Assembly (NCBI GenBank): GCA_965219685.1 | Contig: CBDCOH010000002.1 | Location: 1,632,001-1,696,000 of the forward strand | From: Candidatus Spongiisociaceae bacterium | Lineage (GTDB): Bacteria > Actinomycetota > Acidimicrobiia > Spongiisociales > Spongiisociaceae | Length of the DNA stretch: 64,000 nt | Reading direction: 5' to 3' | Shown: piece by piece, positions 1 to 9,267 of the stretch | Layout: each line of letters begins with the position of its first letter | Position numbering within the stretch: the stretch's first letter is position 1 | The notes under the pieces: model-generated | The model's input: only the letters and a program-made list of their open reading frames with translations | What the model was told of the DNA's origin: nothing | The model's database searches: none | Program-made: the position numbers and the translations under genes

Positions 1-1145
1 AGGGCGAACACGGGACCACTGGCCAGCCCCCGCTCCGAGGACAGCCGCAGCGCAGCCTCGGCGAAGGGCCTGCCGCCGATAGCGCCTGATTGCGAGCGGG
101 CCATCCGGACCAGCGCCTCGTACTCCTCGATGCGGCGTCCGGCCGCGGCGCGGAGTTCACGGACCGCCGCGTCGTACCACGGCCAGAACTCCTCGGGAAG
201 GCCGGCTCGCAGCCCGTTCACCGGATCCGGGGTCCGTTTCGCGATCGCCTCCACCGTCGCGGGTTCCATCCGCAGCCGCCTCGACATGGTGGTGATGTCA
301 AGCCCGCGGTCGACGGCATCGGCCACGGCGGCCACCTCCCACACGCGCAGCGAGGTCAGACCGGTCACGATCCGGTGGGCGACCACGTACTCGGGAAACT
401 TGAACTTGAAACGCACGTGCGGCCGCCCGCTTCCCGTGTCGAACCGGACCACGTAGCCCTCTCTCGCCGACTCGGCGCTGGTGGCGACGTGGTCGGCCAA
501 CTCGGCGAACGAACCGACTTCGTGAGTGGCTGCCACCGGGCCCGGCCAGTCGAGACATCCGAGCGGCAGGTCCGCGCCGGTCCTGATGTCGATAACGGCC
601 AGCAACACCAGGTCTCGCATGGATCCGTAGTCCACCACCACCCGGTTGTCCGGGTAGATGATCTCGAACAGGGGGGTGACGTCCTCGCCGAACCGGACAT
701 GGCTGTACCTGTCCTGCCAGATCCCGGTCGCTTCCTCGGCCTGCTCCGAGGACAGAGAGCCGCGGGTGGCGAGCCGTACCCCGCCGGCGGGATGGTGGTA
801 GGCGATCCCCAGCGAGCCGTCGAGCTTATCGTGCACCACCATGGGCACGCCTTCGGGGACGGGTGGAGCATCCGGCTCGGACGGGCCGAAGAACTTGGGG
901 AAGGGGCGGGCCACCACCCGGTCGCCGTCATCCACGATCAGCCCGCGACACACCTGCGTCGCCCGGTTCCAGGATCTCGAGTAGGTCGCCCGGGGCGTGT
1001 AGTTGAGAACCCGCAGGGGGCCCTCGCCGCGTACCGATACCAGACCCCCTGCCATGGCGTCGGATAGCAGGTCCCGGTCGACCAGATCGTCGAGATGCAG
1101 CCTCGGGGTGGCCCGCCCGGGACCCTTGCCTGCCGGCTCCTTCAT
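1..1145 (-). CDS. T4 RNA ligase 1 (Rnl1)-family RNA ligase, 3' end outside the window
   Basis: Hand translation from ATG 1145 gives MKEPAGKG...LNYTPRATY...CRGLIVDD...ARPFPKFF...HDKLDGSLGI...LATRGS...FEIIYPDNRVVVDY...EGYVVRF...RFKFKFPEY. It has the KxDGS adenylation motif and later nucleotidyltransferase motifs. Absent from the ORF track because it runs off the edge. Confidence 0.88.
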   Translation of the reverse strand, partial: MKEPAGKGPGRATPRLHLDDLVDRDLLSDAMAGGLVSVRGEGPLRVLNYTPRATYSRSWNRATQVCRGLIVDDGDRVVARPFPKFFGPSEPDAPPVPEGVPMVVHDKLDGSLGIAYHHPAGGVRLATRGSLSSEQAEEATGIWQDRYSHVRFGEDVTPLFEIIYPDNRVVVDYGSMRDLVLLAVIDIRTGADLPLGCLDWPGPVAATHEVGSFAELADHVATSAESAREGYVVRFDTGSGRPHVRFKFKFPEYVVAHRIVTGLTSLRVWEVAAVADAVDRGLDITTMSRRLRMEPATVEAIAKRTPDPVNGLRAGLPEEFWPWYDAAVRELRAAAGRRIEEYEALVRMARSQSGAIGGRPFAEAALRLSSERGLASGPVFA

Positions 1146-1257
1146 CGCGCCGTAATACCTCCCGTCACCGGGCCGCCCCGGAAGCTCGAGGCCGCGCTCC
1201 TGCGGCCCGTGGGCGACGGTACCCTGCGACGGGAATTATGCGCCGGCCACGCCGGGC

Positions 1258-2556
1258 GTGCCGACCCAGACCAGCCGTACACCCAGGCACCGTGCCCGGC
1301 CTTTTTCGAGCAGTGGAGAGTCCGATATCGACCAGCCCCCCGACCTAGAGCACAGCTCCCGCCCGACCGGACGGGTGCGCCTGGCGATCGTGCTCGCCAC
1401 CGGAATGGCCGTGTGCATGTCTCCCGGCCCGATAATCGGGATCTTCTCCCGCTTCTTCATCGACGATCTGGGCCTCACCCGGACCGAGCTGGGAGCGGTC
1501 GCCACCGGCCACGCCTTCGCGATCATGGCCTGCAGCGTCCCGCTCGGCTACCTGGCCGACCGGATCGGAGGCCGGCGGATGCTGGCCCTGATGTTGGGCT
1601 TCGTGTTCCTCGGTCTGGGAACGATGTCCCTGTCGTGGGGACTGTGGTCGCTGTTCGTCTTCGGAATGATCGCCGGCGTACCCGCTGCCGGCGGCAACTC
1701 GGCCACCAACGGCATCATCGTCGAGAACGTGAGAGCAGGCTCGCGTGGATGGATCACCGGCATCAAGCAGTCGGGCGTCCAGATCGGGGTATTCGCAGCC
1801 GGGGCGGTGCTGCCGGTTGCGGCCGAGCTTCTCGGCTGGCGCCAGGCCCTGGTGCTGGCCTCACTGGTCGCCGTAGTCCTGGTCGTGGTCACCCTGCTGG
1901 CCGTCCCGACCTCGTCGCGGCCTCGGTCGGTGCAGCAGGTGATCGGATCCCGTGCCGGGGTCCCGAGGGCGGTGTGGTGGCTGTCCGCGTACGGGGTCAC
2001 CATGGGAATCGGCGTAGGTGTGTACCACGCGTTCGTCCCGCTCTACGTCCAGGAGGAGGTCGGGATGAGCGTGGGGCTGGCCGGATCGGTGATAGCCGCT
2101 TCCGGGGCGACGGGAGCCGCGGCGCGGATCGTGTGGGGGCGGATCGCGGAGCGGGCAGGGGACCCGGCCCTTCCTCTTGCCTCCATCGGGGTCCTCAGCA
2201 TGGGATCGATCGCCCTCACGTGGATGGCATCCCCTGCCGTGTCCCTGCTCGTGTGGGGTGGAGCGGTCCTCATGGGGGTGGGTGCCGGCGCCTGGATGTC
2301 GGTGGGAATGTTCGCCGCCCTCACGTTGGCCGGGCCGCAACGCATCGGGCGGGGAACCGCGTTCGTCATGCTCGGGTTCGGTCTGGGACTGACCGTGGGG
2401 CCGGTTTTGTTCGGGTGGGGCGTCGACACGTCCGGAAGCTACGACCCCGCCCTGGCCGCCACGCTTCTCAACTTCGCAGCCTCGGTGGTTCTGATGCTGG
2501 TGTGGAAGGTGCTCCGGATCCGCTCGACAGCCCTCTCCTCCCCCACGGCTGGATGA
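1258..2556 (+). CDS. MFS transporter
   Basis: About 12 hydrophobic segments; motif A GYLADRIGGRR, repeated as GRIAERAG. Confidence 0.9.
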   Translation: MPTQTSRTPRHRARPFSSSGESDIDQPPDLEHSSRPTGRVRLAIVLATGMAVCMSPGPIIGIFSRFFIDDLGLTRTELGAVATGHAFAIMACSVPLGYLADRIGGRRMLALMLGFVFLGLGTMSLSWGLWSLFVFGMIAGVPAAGGNSATNGIIVENVRAGSRGWITGIKQSGVQIGVFAAGAVLPVAAELLGWRQALVLASLVAVVLVVVTLLAVPTSSRPRSVQQVIGSRAGVPRAVWWLSAYGVTMGIGVGVYHAFVPLYVQEEVGMSVGLAGSVIAASGATGAAARIVWGRIAERAGDPALPLASIGVLSMGSIALTWMASPAVSLLVWGGAVLMGVGAGAWMSVGMFAALTLAGPQRIGRGTAFVMLGFGLGLTVGPVLFGWGVDTSGSYDPALAATLLNFAASVVLMLVWKVLRIRSTALSSPTAG

Positions 2557-2615
2557 TCCACCCGGCCGACCTGCCAGAATGGGTCACCGGTAGCAGTTTC
2601 GGGTGGCCTCACGCT

Positions 2616-2873
2616 ATGGATGGAAGCGAACAGACCGCGGGCCGGGTTCCACTGACCGTCCCGCACATGGGCGTGGTCGAGGAAGTGGTCGTCATCGAGT
2701 GGCTGGTCGACACCGGCAGCCCGGTGTCCGCCGGCCAGGAGGTGGTGATCGTCGAGACCGAGAAGGCGGAGGTCGCCCTGGAAGCTCCCGCCGCGGGGAC
2801 CATCGACGTAACCGTGACCGCATCGGACCTCGAGGTTCCTGTCGGAGCCATCCTCGCCTACATCGCTCCGTGA
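2616..2873 (+). CDS. stand-alone lipoyl-attachment domain protein (85 aa; alternative start ATG 2553)
   Basis: C-terminal part of ORF 1095..2873: VPHMG...WLVDTGSPVSAGQEVVIVETEKAEVALEAPAAGTI...VPVGAILAYI, with lipoyl-Lys motif ETEKA. Stop overlaps the next start (GTGA). Confidence 0.85.
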   Translation: MDGSEQTAGRVPLTVPHMGVVEEVVVIEWLVDTGSPVSAGQEVVIVETEKAEVALEAPAAGTIDVTVTASDLEVPVGAILAYIAP

Positions 2874-3622
2874 CCCCTCCCCCGTTCCGTCTCGACGGGA
2901 AGAAGGCATTGGTCACCGGAGCCGCCAGCGGCCTCGGGAGGGCGATCGCCTACGCGCTCGCCGCGACCGGAGCACAGGTCGCGTGCATCGACGTATCGGT
3001 CGAACCCAACCGCCGGGTAGCCGCCGCGACCGGGGGGATCGCTGTCAAGCTCGACGTGACCGACCCGCCGATGGTCGAATCGGCCGTGGAGGAGGTGGCC
3101 GACCGGTTCGGCTCGATCGACATACTCGTCAACAGCGCCGGTGTCGGCGGCCGCGGGCCGGCCGCCAACTATCCCGATGAACTGCTGGAGCGGGTCATCG
3201 CGGTCAACCTTCGGGGTACGTTCCTCATGTGCCGGTCGGTGGGACAGCGGATGATCGAGGCCGGCGGAGGCTCGATCGTCAACATCGCCTCGATCGGAGG
3301 ACTGGTCGCGTTCCCGGGAAGCGCCGGCTACCAGGCAAGCAAGGGCGGCGTGGTCCAGTTGACGAGAGCCCTGGCCGTCGAGTGGGCCGGCGCCGGTGTG
3401 CGCGTAAACGCCGTCGCGCCCGGACACATCGCAACCGAGTTGGTGCGGCGCCAGTGGGAGACCGAACCGGAACTGAGGGAGTTCTTCCTGTCGCGCACCC
3501 CGATGAACCGGCTGGGGACGCCCGAGGACGTGGCGGGCGCGGTCGTCTTCCTGGCCGGGGACGCCTCGGCGATGGTCACCGGGCAGATACTCGCCGTCGA
3601 CGGGGGGTACACCGCCCAATGA
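2870..3622 (+). CDS. SDR family NAD(P)-dependent oxidoreductase
   Basis: TGAASGLG, NSAG, YQASK, VNAVAPG, VDGG. The GTG start overlaps the upstream stop. Confidence 0.92.
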   Translation: MTPPPFRLDGKKALVTGAASGLGRAIAYALAATGAQVACIDVSVEPNRRVAAATGGIAVKLDVTDPPMVESAVEEVADRFGSIDILVNSAGVGGRGPAANYPDELLERVIAVNLRGTFLMCRSVGQRMIEAGGGSIVNIASIGGLVAFPGSAGYQASKGGVVQLTRALAVEWAGAGVRVNAVAPGHIATELVRRQWETEPELREFFLSRTPMNRLGTPEDVAGAVVFLAGDASAMVTGQILAVDGGYTAQ

Positions 3623-3635
3623 GCCTCCCCCGACG

Positions 3636-4598
3636 ATGACGCCGGAGATCGCCCTCGGGATCCACCGCACGATGGTGCGCATTCGGGTCTTCGAGTCCCG
3701 CATCGAGGAGTTGTTCAAGGCCGGGAGGCTTCCGGGCTTCGTCCACACCTATCTCGGCCAGGAAGCCATTGCGGCCGGGGCGTGTGCGGTTCTAGGCCGC
3801 GACGACTACATAACCTCCACCCACCGGGGGCACGGGCACGCCATCGCCAAGGGCATCGAGCTCGGCCCGATCATGGCGGAGCTGTACGGCAAGGAGACCG
3901 GCACGTGCCGGGGGCGGGGCGGCTCGATGCACGTGGCCGACTTCTCGATCGGGATGCTGGGCGCCAACGGCATCGTCGGCGGCGGGCTGGGTATCGCGGC
4001 GGGGGCCGCCCTGTCGGCACGCCACCGGGGCACCGACCAGGTGGCGGTCGCCTTCTTCGGTGATGGAGGCATCAACAAGGGCACGTTCCACGAGGCCCTC
4101 AACTTCGCCGCCACCCACCGCCTGGGCGTGGTCTACGTGTGCGAGAACAACCAGTACGCACAGTTCACGTCCCGCCTGCGGACCACCTCGGTCGAGGATC
4201 TGTCGGTGCGGGCTGCCGCCTACGGCATCCCAGGTCACACGGTGGACGGGAACGATGCCGCCGCCGTGTACGAAACCACGCGCGAGGCGGTCGGGCGAGC
4301 ACGGGCGGGAGGTGGGCCGACCCTGCTCAACATGGAGACCTACCGCCTGGGCGGCCACTACGTCGGGGACGCCGAGGTGTACCGGGACACGGCGGAGGTC
4401 GAGGATCGGCGCCGGTCGGATCCGATCATACGTTGGGAGAACCTGCTGGTCGCCGAGGGGATGCTGACCGGGAGGCGCCGGTCCGGGGTGTGGGACGAGG
4501 CGACCGGGGCTGTGTCGGAGGCGGTCCGGTTCGCGGAGGAGAGCCCCCTGCCGGAGGCCGACTCGGCGATGGAAGCGGTGTTCACGGACGCCCGCTGA
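3636..4598 (+). CDS. thiamine-diphosphate-dependent dehydrogenase E1 alpha subunit (AcoA/PdhA-like)
   Basis: GQEA, STHRGHGH, GRGGSMH, GDG...ENNQY ThDP motif, TYRLGGH. Confidence 0.93.
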   Translation: MTPEIALGIHRTMVRIRVFESRIEELFKAGRLPGFVHTYLGQEAIAAGACAVLGRDDYITSTHRGHGHAIAKGIELGPIMAELYGKETGTCRGRGGSMHVADFSIGMLGANGIVGGGLGIAAGAALSARHRGTDQVAVAFFGDGGINKGTFHEALNFAATHRLGVVYVCENNQYAQFTSRLRTTSVEDLSVRAAAYGIPGHTVDGNDAAAVYETTREAVGRARAGGGPTLLNMETYRLGGHYVGDAEVYRDTAEVEDRRRSDPIIRWENLLVAEGMLTGRRRSGVWDEATGAVSEAVRFAEESPLPEADSAMEAVFTDAR

Positions 4599-5593
4599 TG
4601 TCCGGGAGTGCGGCCTCTGCGCGGCGCATGTCGTTCGGGCAGGCCACCGTCGACGCCATGCGCATCGCCATGCGAGAGGACGACCGGGTGATCGTGCTGG
4701 GGGAGGACATCAGTTGGGGCGGCAACTTCGGCCAGTTCAGAGGCCTCGTCGACGAGTTCGGGCCGGAGCGGGTGATCGACATGCCGATCTCGGAGGCCAT
4801 CATCATGGCGGCGAGCATCGGAGCCGCGGTCACCGGTCTCAGGCCGGTGGCGTCGATGAGCTTCGTCGAGTTCACCCTGGGCGCGATGGACGAGATCGTC
4901 AACCAGGCTTCCAAGTTCCGTTACATGTTCGGCGGCCAGGTATCCGTGCCGCTCGTGCTCAGAGCGTCCGACGGGATCCTCAGATCCTCGGCGGGCCAGC
5001 ACTCGTCGAGCCTCGAGGGGCTGTTCACCCACCTCCCCGGCCTCAAGGTGGTCGCCCCTTCCAACCCGGCCGATGCCAAAGGGCTGCTAAGAGCCGCCAT
5101 CGCCGACAACGACCCCGTCGTGTACCTGGAGAACAAGCGCATCACCGCCAAGCGGGGACCCACCCCGCTCGGCGACCACCTGGTACCGCTCGGCTCGGCC
5201 GCCCTCCGCCGCCCGGGATCCGACCTGACCATCGTCAGCTATTCGGCAATGGCTCTCGAGGCCGAGGTGGCGTGCCGGCGGTTGTCCGAGCAGGGGATCG
5301 AAGCGGAACTGATCGACCTGCGCTCCCTGGTACCCCTCGACCTCGAAACCGTGCTGGAGTCGGTGCGCAGGACCGGCCGGGTCGTCGTCGCCCACGAGGG
5401 CTGGGAGTTCGGAGGATTCGGCGCCGAGCTGGCAGCTTCCATCACCAGCCGGGCCTTCGACCGCCTGCGGGCCGCGCCGGTCCGGGTAGGCGCCGCCCAG
5501 GCGCCCATCCCGTTCAGTCCTCCGCTGGAACGGGCGGTCGTGCCCGGAGCGGACGAGATCGTCGGCGCGGCCCGGAGGCTGATGACCACCTGA
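4598..5593 (+). CDS. E1 beta subunit (AcoB/PdhB-like)
   Basis: LGEDI, DMPISE, GQHSS, PGLKVVAP, IDLRSLVPLD. ATG 4598 is coupled to the alpha stop (TGATG). Confidence 0.93.
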   Translation: MSGSAASARRMSFGQATVDAMRIAMREDDRVIVLGEDISWGGNFGQFRGLVDEFGPERVIDMPISEAIIMAASIGAAVTGLRPVASMSFVEFTLGAMDEIVNQASKFRYMFGGQVSVPLVLRASDGILRSSAGQHSSSLEGLFTHLPGLKVVAPSNPADAKGLLRAAIADNDPVVYLENKRITAKRGPTPLGDHLVPLGSAALRRPGSDLTIVSYSAMALEAEVACRRLSEQGIEAELIDLRSLVPLDLETVLESVRRTGRVVVAHEGWEFGGFGAELAASITSRAFDRLRAAPVRVGAAQAPIPFSPPLERAVVPGADEIVGAARRLMTT

Positions 5594-6412
5594 TCACTCT
5601 CCCGTCGGGCCGGCCTCCAACCATTCGACCGATCGAGGGCCGTGCATGCGATGGAAGGCGATGGCGAGATCCGATGAGGCCGAGCCGGGTCCGGCGTGCG
5701 GCCGGCCGGCCATCCGGAAGGTGTAGGTCCCGGGACCGCTCCGGAAGGCCTCCTCCCGGAAGTCGGCGCCTTTGCTGTCCCCCTCCGCCGCCGGTATCCG
5801 TTCGGCCACGGTGAACTCGCCTTCCAGGATGAACACCTCCTCCGCCGCCCCATGAAGGTGCCAGGGTCCGTCATCGTTGGCCCAATCACGGGCGCCCGCC
5901 AGCCACACCGGCCCGTGGAGGCCGTCGACCAGCGGGCGGACGTATCGACCCGGCAGTTCGGGTACGGCGGACCATGGGACCGCGGTGCCCAGACCCACCA
6001 GGGGCTTGGAGAGCATTCCACCGGCCGACGTGTCGTAGCGGATGGGCGCCGAGGTCATGACCAGCGCCAGAGTGTCCGATCGGGCACGGAGGCCGCTGAT
6101 CACGTCCCCGGCCGGTACGGCCGCGTAGTCGTATTGCCCGATACGCTCCCCCGCCACCACCAACTCCCCCCTTATCACGAACAGCTCGAGATCGGCGGTG
6201 AAGGCCCCGACCACGCCGGACCCCCAGCCCTCGGGTATCAGAGCGAGCCGGGTGGCCGGGCCGGACAGATCCTTCGAGAGAATCCGGGCTTCGATACGGC
6301 CCTCGCAGCCGGAGATCGTCATGGTCCGGCTGGGCAGGTCTCCCTCCTGGATCGCCCGAAACGACCGACTCCGCCTGTCGACGAGTGCGGGATCCATGAT
6401 CGAACCGTTCAC
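5594..6412 (-). CDS. hypothetical bicupin-like (DUF4437/ChrR-like) protein
   Basis: Two cupin-like halves (ELFVIRGEL; WHLH...EEVFILEGEF...GTYTFR..GRPH). Start uncertain. Confidence 0.55.
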   Translation of the reverse strand: MNGSIMDPALVDRRSRSFRAIQEGDLPSRTMTISGCEGRIEARILSKDLSGPATRLALIPEGWGSGVVGAFTADLELFVIRGELVVAGERIGQYDYAAVPAGDVISGLRARSDTLALVMTSAPIRYDTSAGGMLSKPLVGLGTAVPWSAVPELPGRYVRPLVDGLHGPVWLAGARDWANDDGPWHLHGAAEEVFILEGEFTVAERIPAAEGDSKGADFREEAFRSGPGTYTFRMAGRPHAGPGSASSDLAIAFHRMHGPRSVEWLEAGPTGE

Positions 6413-6712
6413 GGCAACCGTCCCTCCAAGCCCCGAGACACGACCGCCGCGGCCATGCCGACACCCCCTTACCCCACCTTCCGGCCCTACGGACCATCTG
6501 GATCATAAGGTACCCGCGCCGGTCTTGTGGCCGGACCGAGTGGGACGACGGACGGGGAGGGCAATCTCCCCCCTGATCCGCACCGGACTCGGAACGCGAC
6601 CATCCGGGCCCGATTCCCCGCCCTTGAGAGTTGGGCGAGTAGGCTCGTAAAACGTCCGATGGCGTCTCGCCGACATAGGAAACCGACCGTCGACTCCAGG
6701 AGTAACTTCAAG

Positions 6713-9232
6713 ATGCTGTTCGATCAGATGTCGCCGGGTCATCCCACTGGGAAAACCGGTCCTACACACTCCAGGATCGCACCGGCCGCCGCGGGCGTCG
6801 CGCTGGTTCTCGCCATTTCGCTACTCGGCCCATGGCCGTGGACTCACGCAGGGTCCGGGATAGCAGCCGCGGCGTCCGGCGATCGCCACGCCCTGGTCAC
6901 GTTGTACCACGCCACGAACGGAGCCGGGTGGTCGAACTCCCGCAACTGGCTGAGCGAGACGCCGCTGGGCGACTGGGAGGGTGTAGCCACCGACGGCGCC
7001 GGCCGGGTAATCGAACTGGACCTTCGGTCGAACGGGCTCACAGGGGAGTTGCCCACCGAGCTGGGTCATCTCGCCGAACTGCAGGTGCTGAATCTCGAGG
7101 ACAACTACCTGTCCGGAGACCTGCCATCGGGGCTCGGAGATCTGACCGGGTTACGGGTGTTGAATCTCGGGGACAATCTGCTGTCCGGCCCGCTTCCGGC
7201 CCATCTGGCCCGACTGGCCGGATTGACCGACCTGAACCTCCATTTCAACCGGATCTCCGGACCGGTGCCGGCCTATTTGGGGTCGCTGAGCAAGCTCAGG
7301 GTTGTGGACCTGCGCAACAACGAGTTCTCCGGCGCGATTCCCATCGAGTTGGGTGCGCTGGCTGACCTGACCCATCTATTGCTCCGCAGCAACGCACTGG
7401 AGGGGCCTGTCCCCGCGGCGCTCGGGAAGCTCGAGAACCTCGCATGGTTGGATCTCAGCTTCAACCGGCTGACGGGAGGTATCCCGCCCGGACTGGGAGA
7501 GTTGGACGACCTCACCGTCCTGTACCTGAGTGGAAACCGGCTTTCAGGGGAGATCCCCTCGGAACTCGGGAAGCTGGAGAACCTGCGGATACTGAACCTG
7601 CGCCTCAACCGGTTGGGAGGGGAGATCCCCTCGGAACTCGGTGACCTGCGCAAGCTGCGGATAATGAATCTCTGGAACAACGATCTGTCCGGGGAGATCC
7701 CACCGGAGTTGGGTCGGCTCACGAACCTCAGACGGTTGGACCTCGATCAGAACGGACTGTCCGGGGAGATACCCTCCGAACTCGCCAATCTCACTGACCT
7801 CAGGGTGTTGTGGCTCCAGGGCAACCAACTCTCCGGTGACCTCCCAGCCTGGATTGGAGAACTCTCACAACTGGAGAGGGTGTACCTCCAGAACAACCGA
7901 CTGTCAGGGGAGATACCGGCCGAGTTCCGCAAACTAGCCAAGCTGGAACGGCTGTGGCTCGCCGGCAACCGCCTCTCCGGTGAGATACCTTCATGGCTCG
8001 GTGATCTCACCGGGCTGACACAGCTCAACCTGGGCGCCAACGACCTCTCCGGAGTAATCCCGGCCCAACTCGGCAGCCTCACGAAGCTCCGGCTGCTGAA
8101 CCTCGGGAACAACAACCTCGCCGGTGGCATCCCCCGAGAGGTGGGCAACCTCGCGGCTCTGGAGCAACTGGTGCTGGAAGGAAACGACCTGTCGGGAACC
8201 CTGCCCGACGAACTGGCGAAGCTCACCAGCCTGGAACAGGTGAGGGTCGGTCACAACCGCCTGTCAGGCGAGATACCCGCCTGGATGAGCGGATTCACCA
8301 AACTCGAGAGACTTCACCTCAACGACAATCGCTTCTCAGGGCCGATACACCCCGAGCTGGCCACCCTTAGCCGGCTGGAAGACGTCGATCTCGGTGGCAA
8401 CCGGCTGTCCGGTCCAATCCCTGACCGCGGCAATCTACCCAACCTGACCCGGCTGCGTCTCGCCGGCAACCAACTGTCCGGACAGATTCCTGCGGCTATC
8501 GGCCGGTTGGAGAATCTGGTCCATCTCAGCCTCGAAGGCAACCGCTTGTCCGGGGGAATACCCGCCGAACTGGGGAAGCTCTCCAAGTTGACCAACCTGA
8601 CGCTCGGCGACAACTACCTGACGGGCGAGATACCCGCGGAACTCGGTCAACTCACCAACCTCGCACGCCTCGACCTCGCCGGCAACTGGTTGTGGGGTGA
8701 GATCCCCGTCGAACTCGGCCGGCTCACCAATCTCGAGTACCTGAACCTGTACCACAACGAACTGACCGAACACATACCGGCGCAGCTCGGGAACCTCACC
8801 GACCTCAGGGTGCTGAATCTGGGCAGCAACCGGCTGGACAGACGGATCCCCGCGGAACTCGGCGGGTTGGTCAAGCTCACGACGCTCAACCTCGAGCACA
8901 ATGCCCTCTGGGGTGAGATCCCCGAAGAACTCGGCCAACTCACCAACCTGGTACGCCTGCATCTCGGGGGCAACGGCTTCAGGGGAGGGATCCCCACCGA
9001 GTTCGGACGTCTGACCGGACTGCAGGAGTTGGACCTCAGCCGCAACCGTCTGACAGGTGAGGTCCCCGCCGAGTTGGGCAACCTCTCAGCCCTCACCCAC
9101 CTGTACCTGGCGGGCAACCAGTTGAGCGGATGCCTTCCCGCGGGTTGGCAGGGCTTGGACCCCACGGGCGACGATCTGTTCCTGCTCGAACTCGAGTTCT
9201 GCCCCGCGCTCCGAACCGTTGACCACCACTAG
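6713..9232 (+). CDS. secreted plant-type leucine-rich repeat protein (30 repeats)
   Basis: Signal-like hydrophobic stretch, N-cap DRHALVTLYHATNGAGW...GRV, 30 counted LxLxxNxLxGxIPxxLGxL units, Cys C-cap. AGGAG lies 10 nt before ATG 6713. Confidence 0.92.
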   Translation: MLFDQMSPGHPTGKTGPTHSRIAPAAAGVALVLAISLLGPWPWTHAGSGIAAAASGDRHALVTLYHATNGAGWSNSRNWLSETPLGDWEGVATDGAGRVIELDLRSNGLTGELPTELGHLAELQVLNLEDNYLSGDLPSGLGDLTGLRVLNLGDNLLSGPLPAHLARLAGLTDLNLHFNRISGPVPAYLGSLSKLRVVDLRNNEFSGAIPIELGALADLTHLLLRSNALEGPVPAALGKLENLAWLDLSFNRLTGGIPPGLGELDDLTVLYLSGNRLSGEIPSELGKLENLRILNLRLNRLGGEIPSELGDLRKLRIMNLWNNDLSGEIPPELGRLTNLRRLDLDQNGLSGEIPSELANLTDLRVLWLQGNQLSGDLPAWIGELSQLERVYLQNNRLSGEIPAEFRKLAKLERLWLAGNRLSGEIPSWLGDLTGLTQLNLGANDLSGVIPAQLGSLTKLRLLNLGNNNLAGGIPREVGNLAALEQLVLEGNDLSGTLPDELAKLTSLEQVRVGHNRLSGEIPAWMSGFTKLERLHLNDNRFSGPIHPELATLSRLEDVDLGGNRLSGPIPDRGNLPNLTRLRLAGNQLSGQIPAAIGRLENLVHLSLEGNRLSGGIPAELGKLSKLTNLTLGDNYLTGEIPAELGQLTNLARLDLAGNWLWGEIPVELGRLTNLEYLNLYHNELTEHIPAQLGNLTDLRVLNLGSNRLDRRIPAELGGLVKLTTLNLEHNALWGEIPEELGQLTNLVRLHLGGNGFRGGIPTEFGRLTGLQELDLSRNRLTGEVPAELGNLSALTHLYLAGNQLSGCLPAGWQGLDPTGDDLFLLELEFCPALRTVDHH

Positions 9233-9266
9233 CAACTAGCAACTAGCAACTAGCAACTAGCAACTA
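9228..9266. repeat. heptamer tandem repeat (ACTAGCA)x5.6
   Basis: Read directly. Contains the LRR gene stop and fills the gap between convergent genes. Confidence 0.97.
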
Positions 9267-9267
9267 T

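Noticed and set aside
90-1067. 325-aa plus-strand ORF
   Set aside because: Antisense shadow of the RNA ligase; no motifs.
1095-2615. Apparent 592-aa protein ending in a lipoyl domain
   Set aside because: The N-terminal part is an Arg-rich off-frame overlap of the MFS gene. Only the last ~85-106 codons are credible.
6900-9150. 72-nt periodicity as a possible CRISPR-like array
   Set aside because: Explained by the LRR coding repeats. No invariant repeat/spacer structure and no cas genes.
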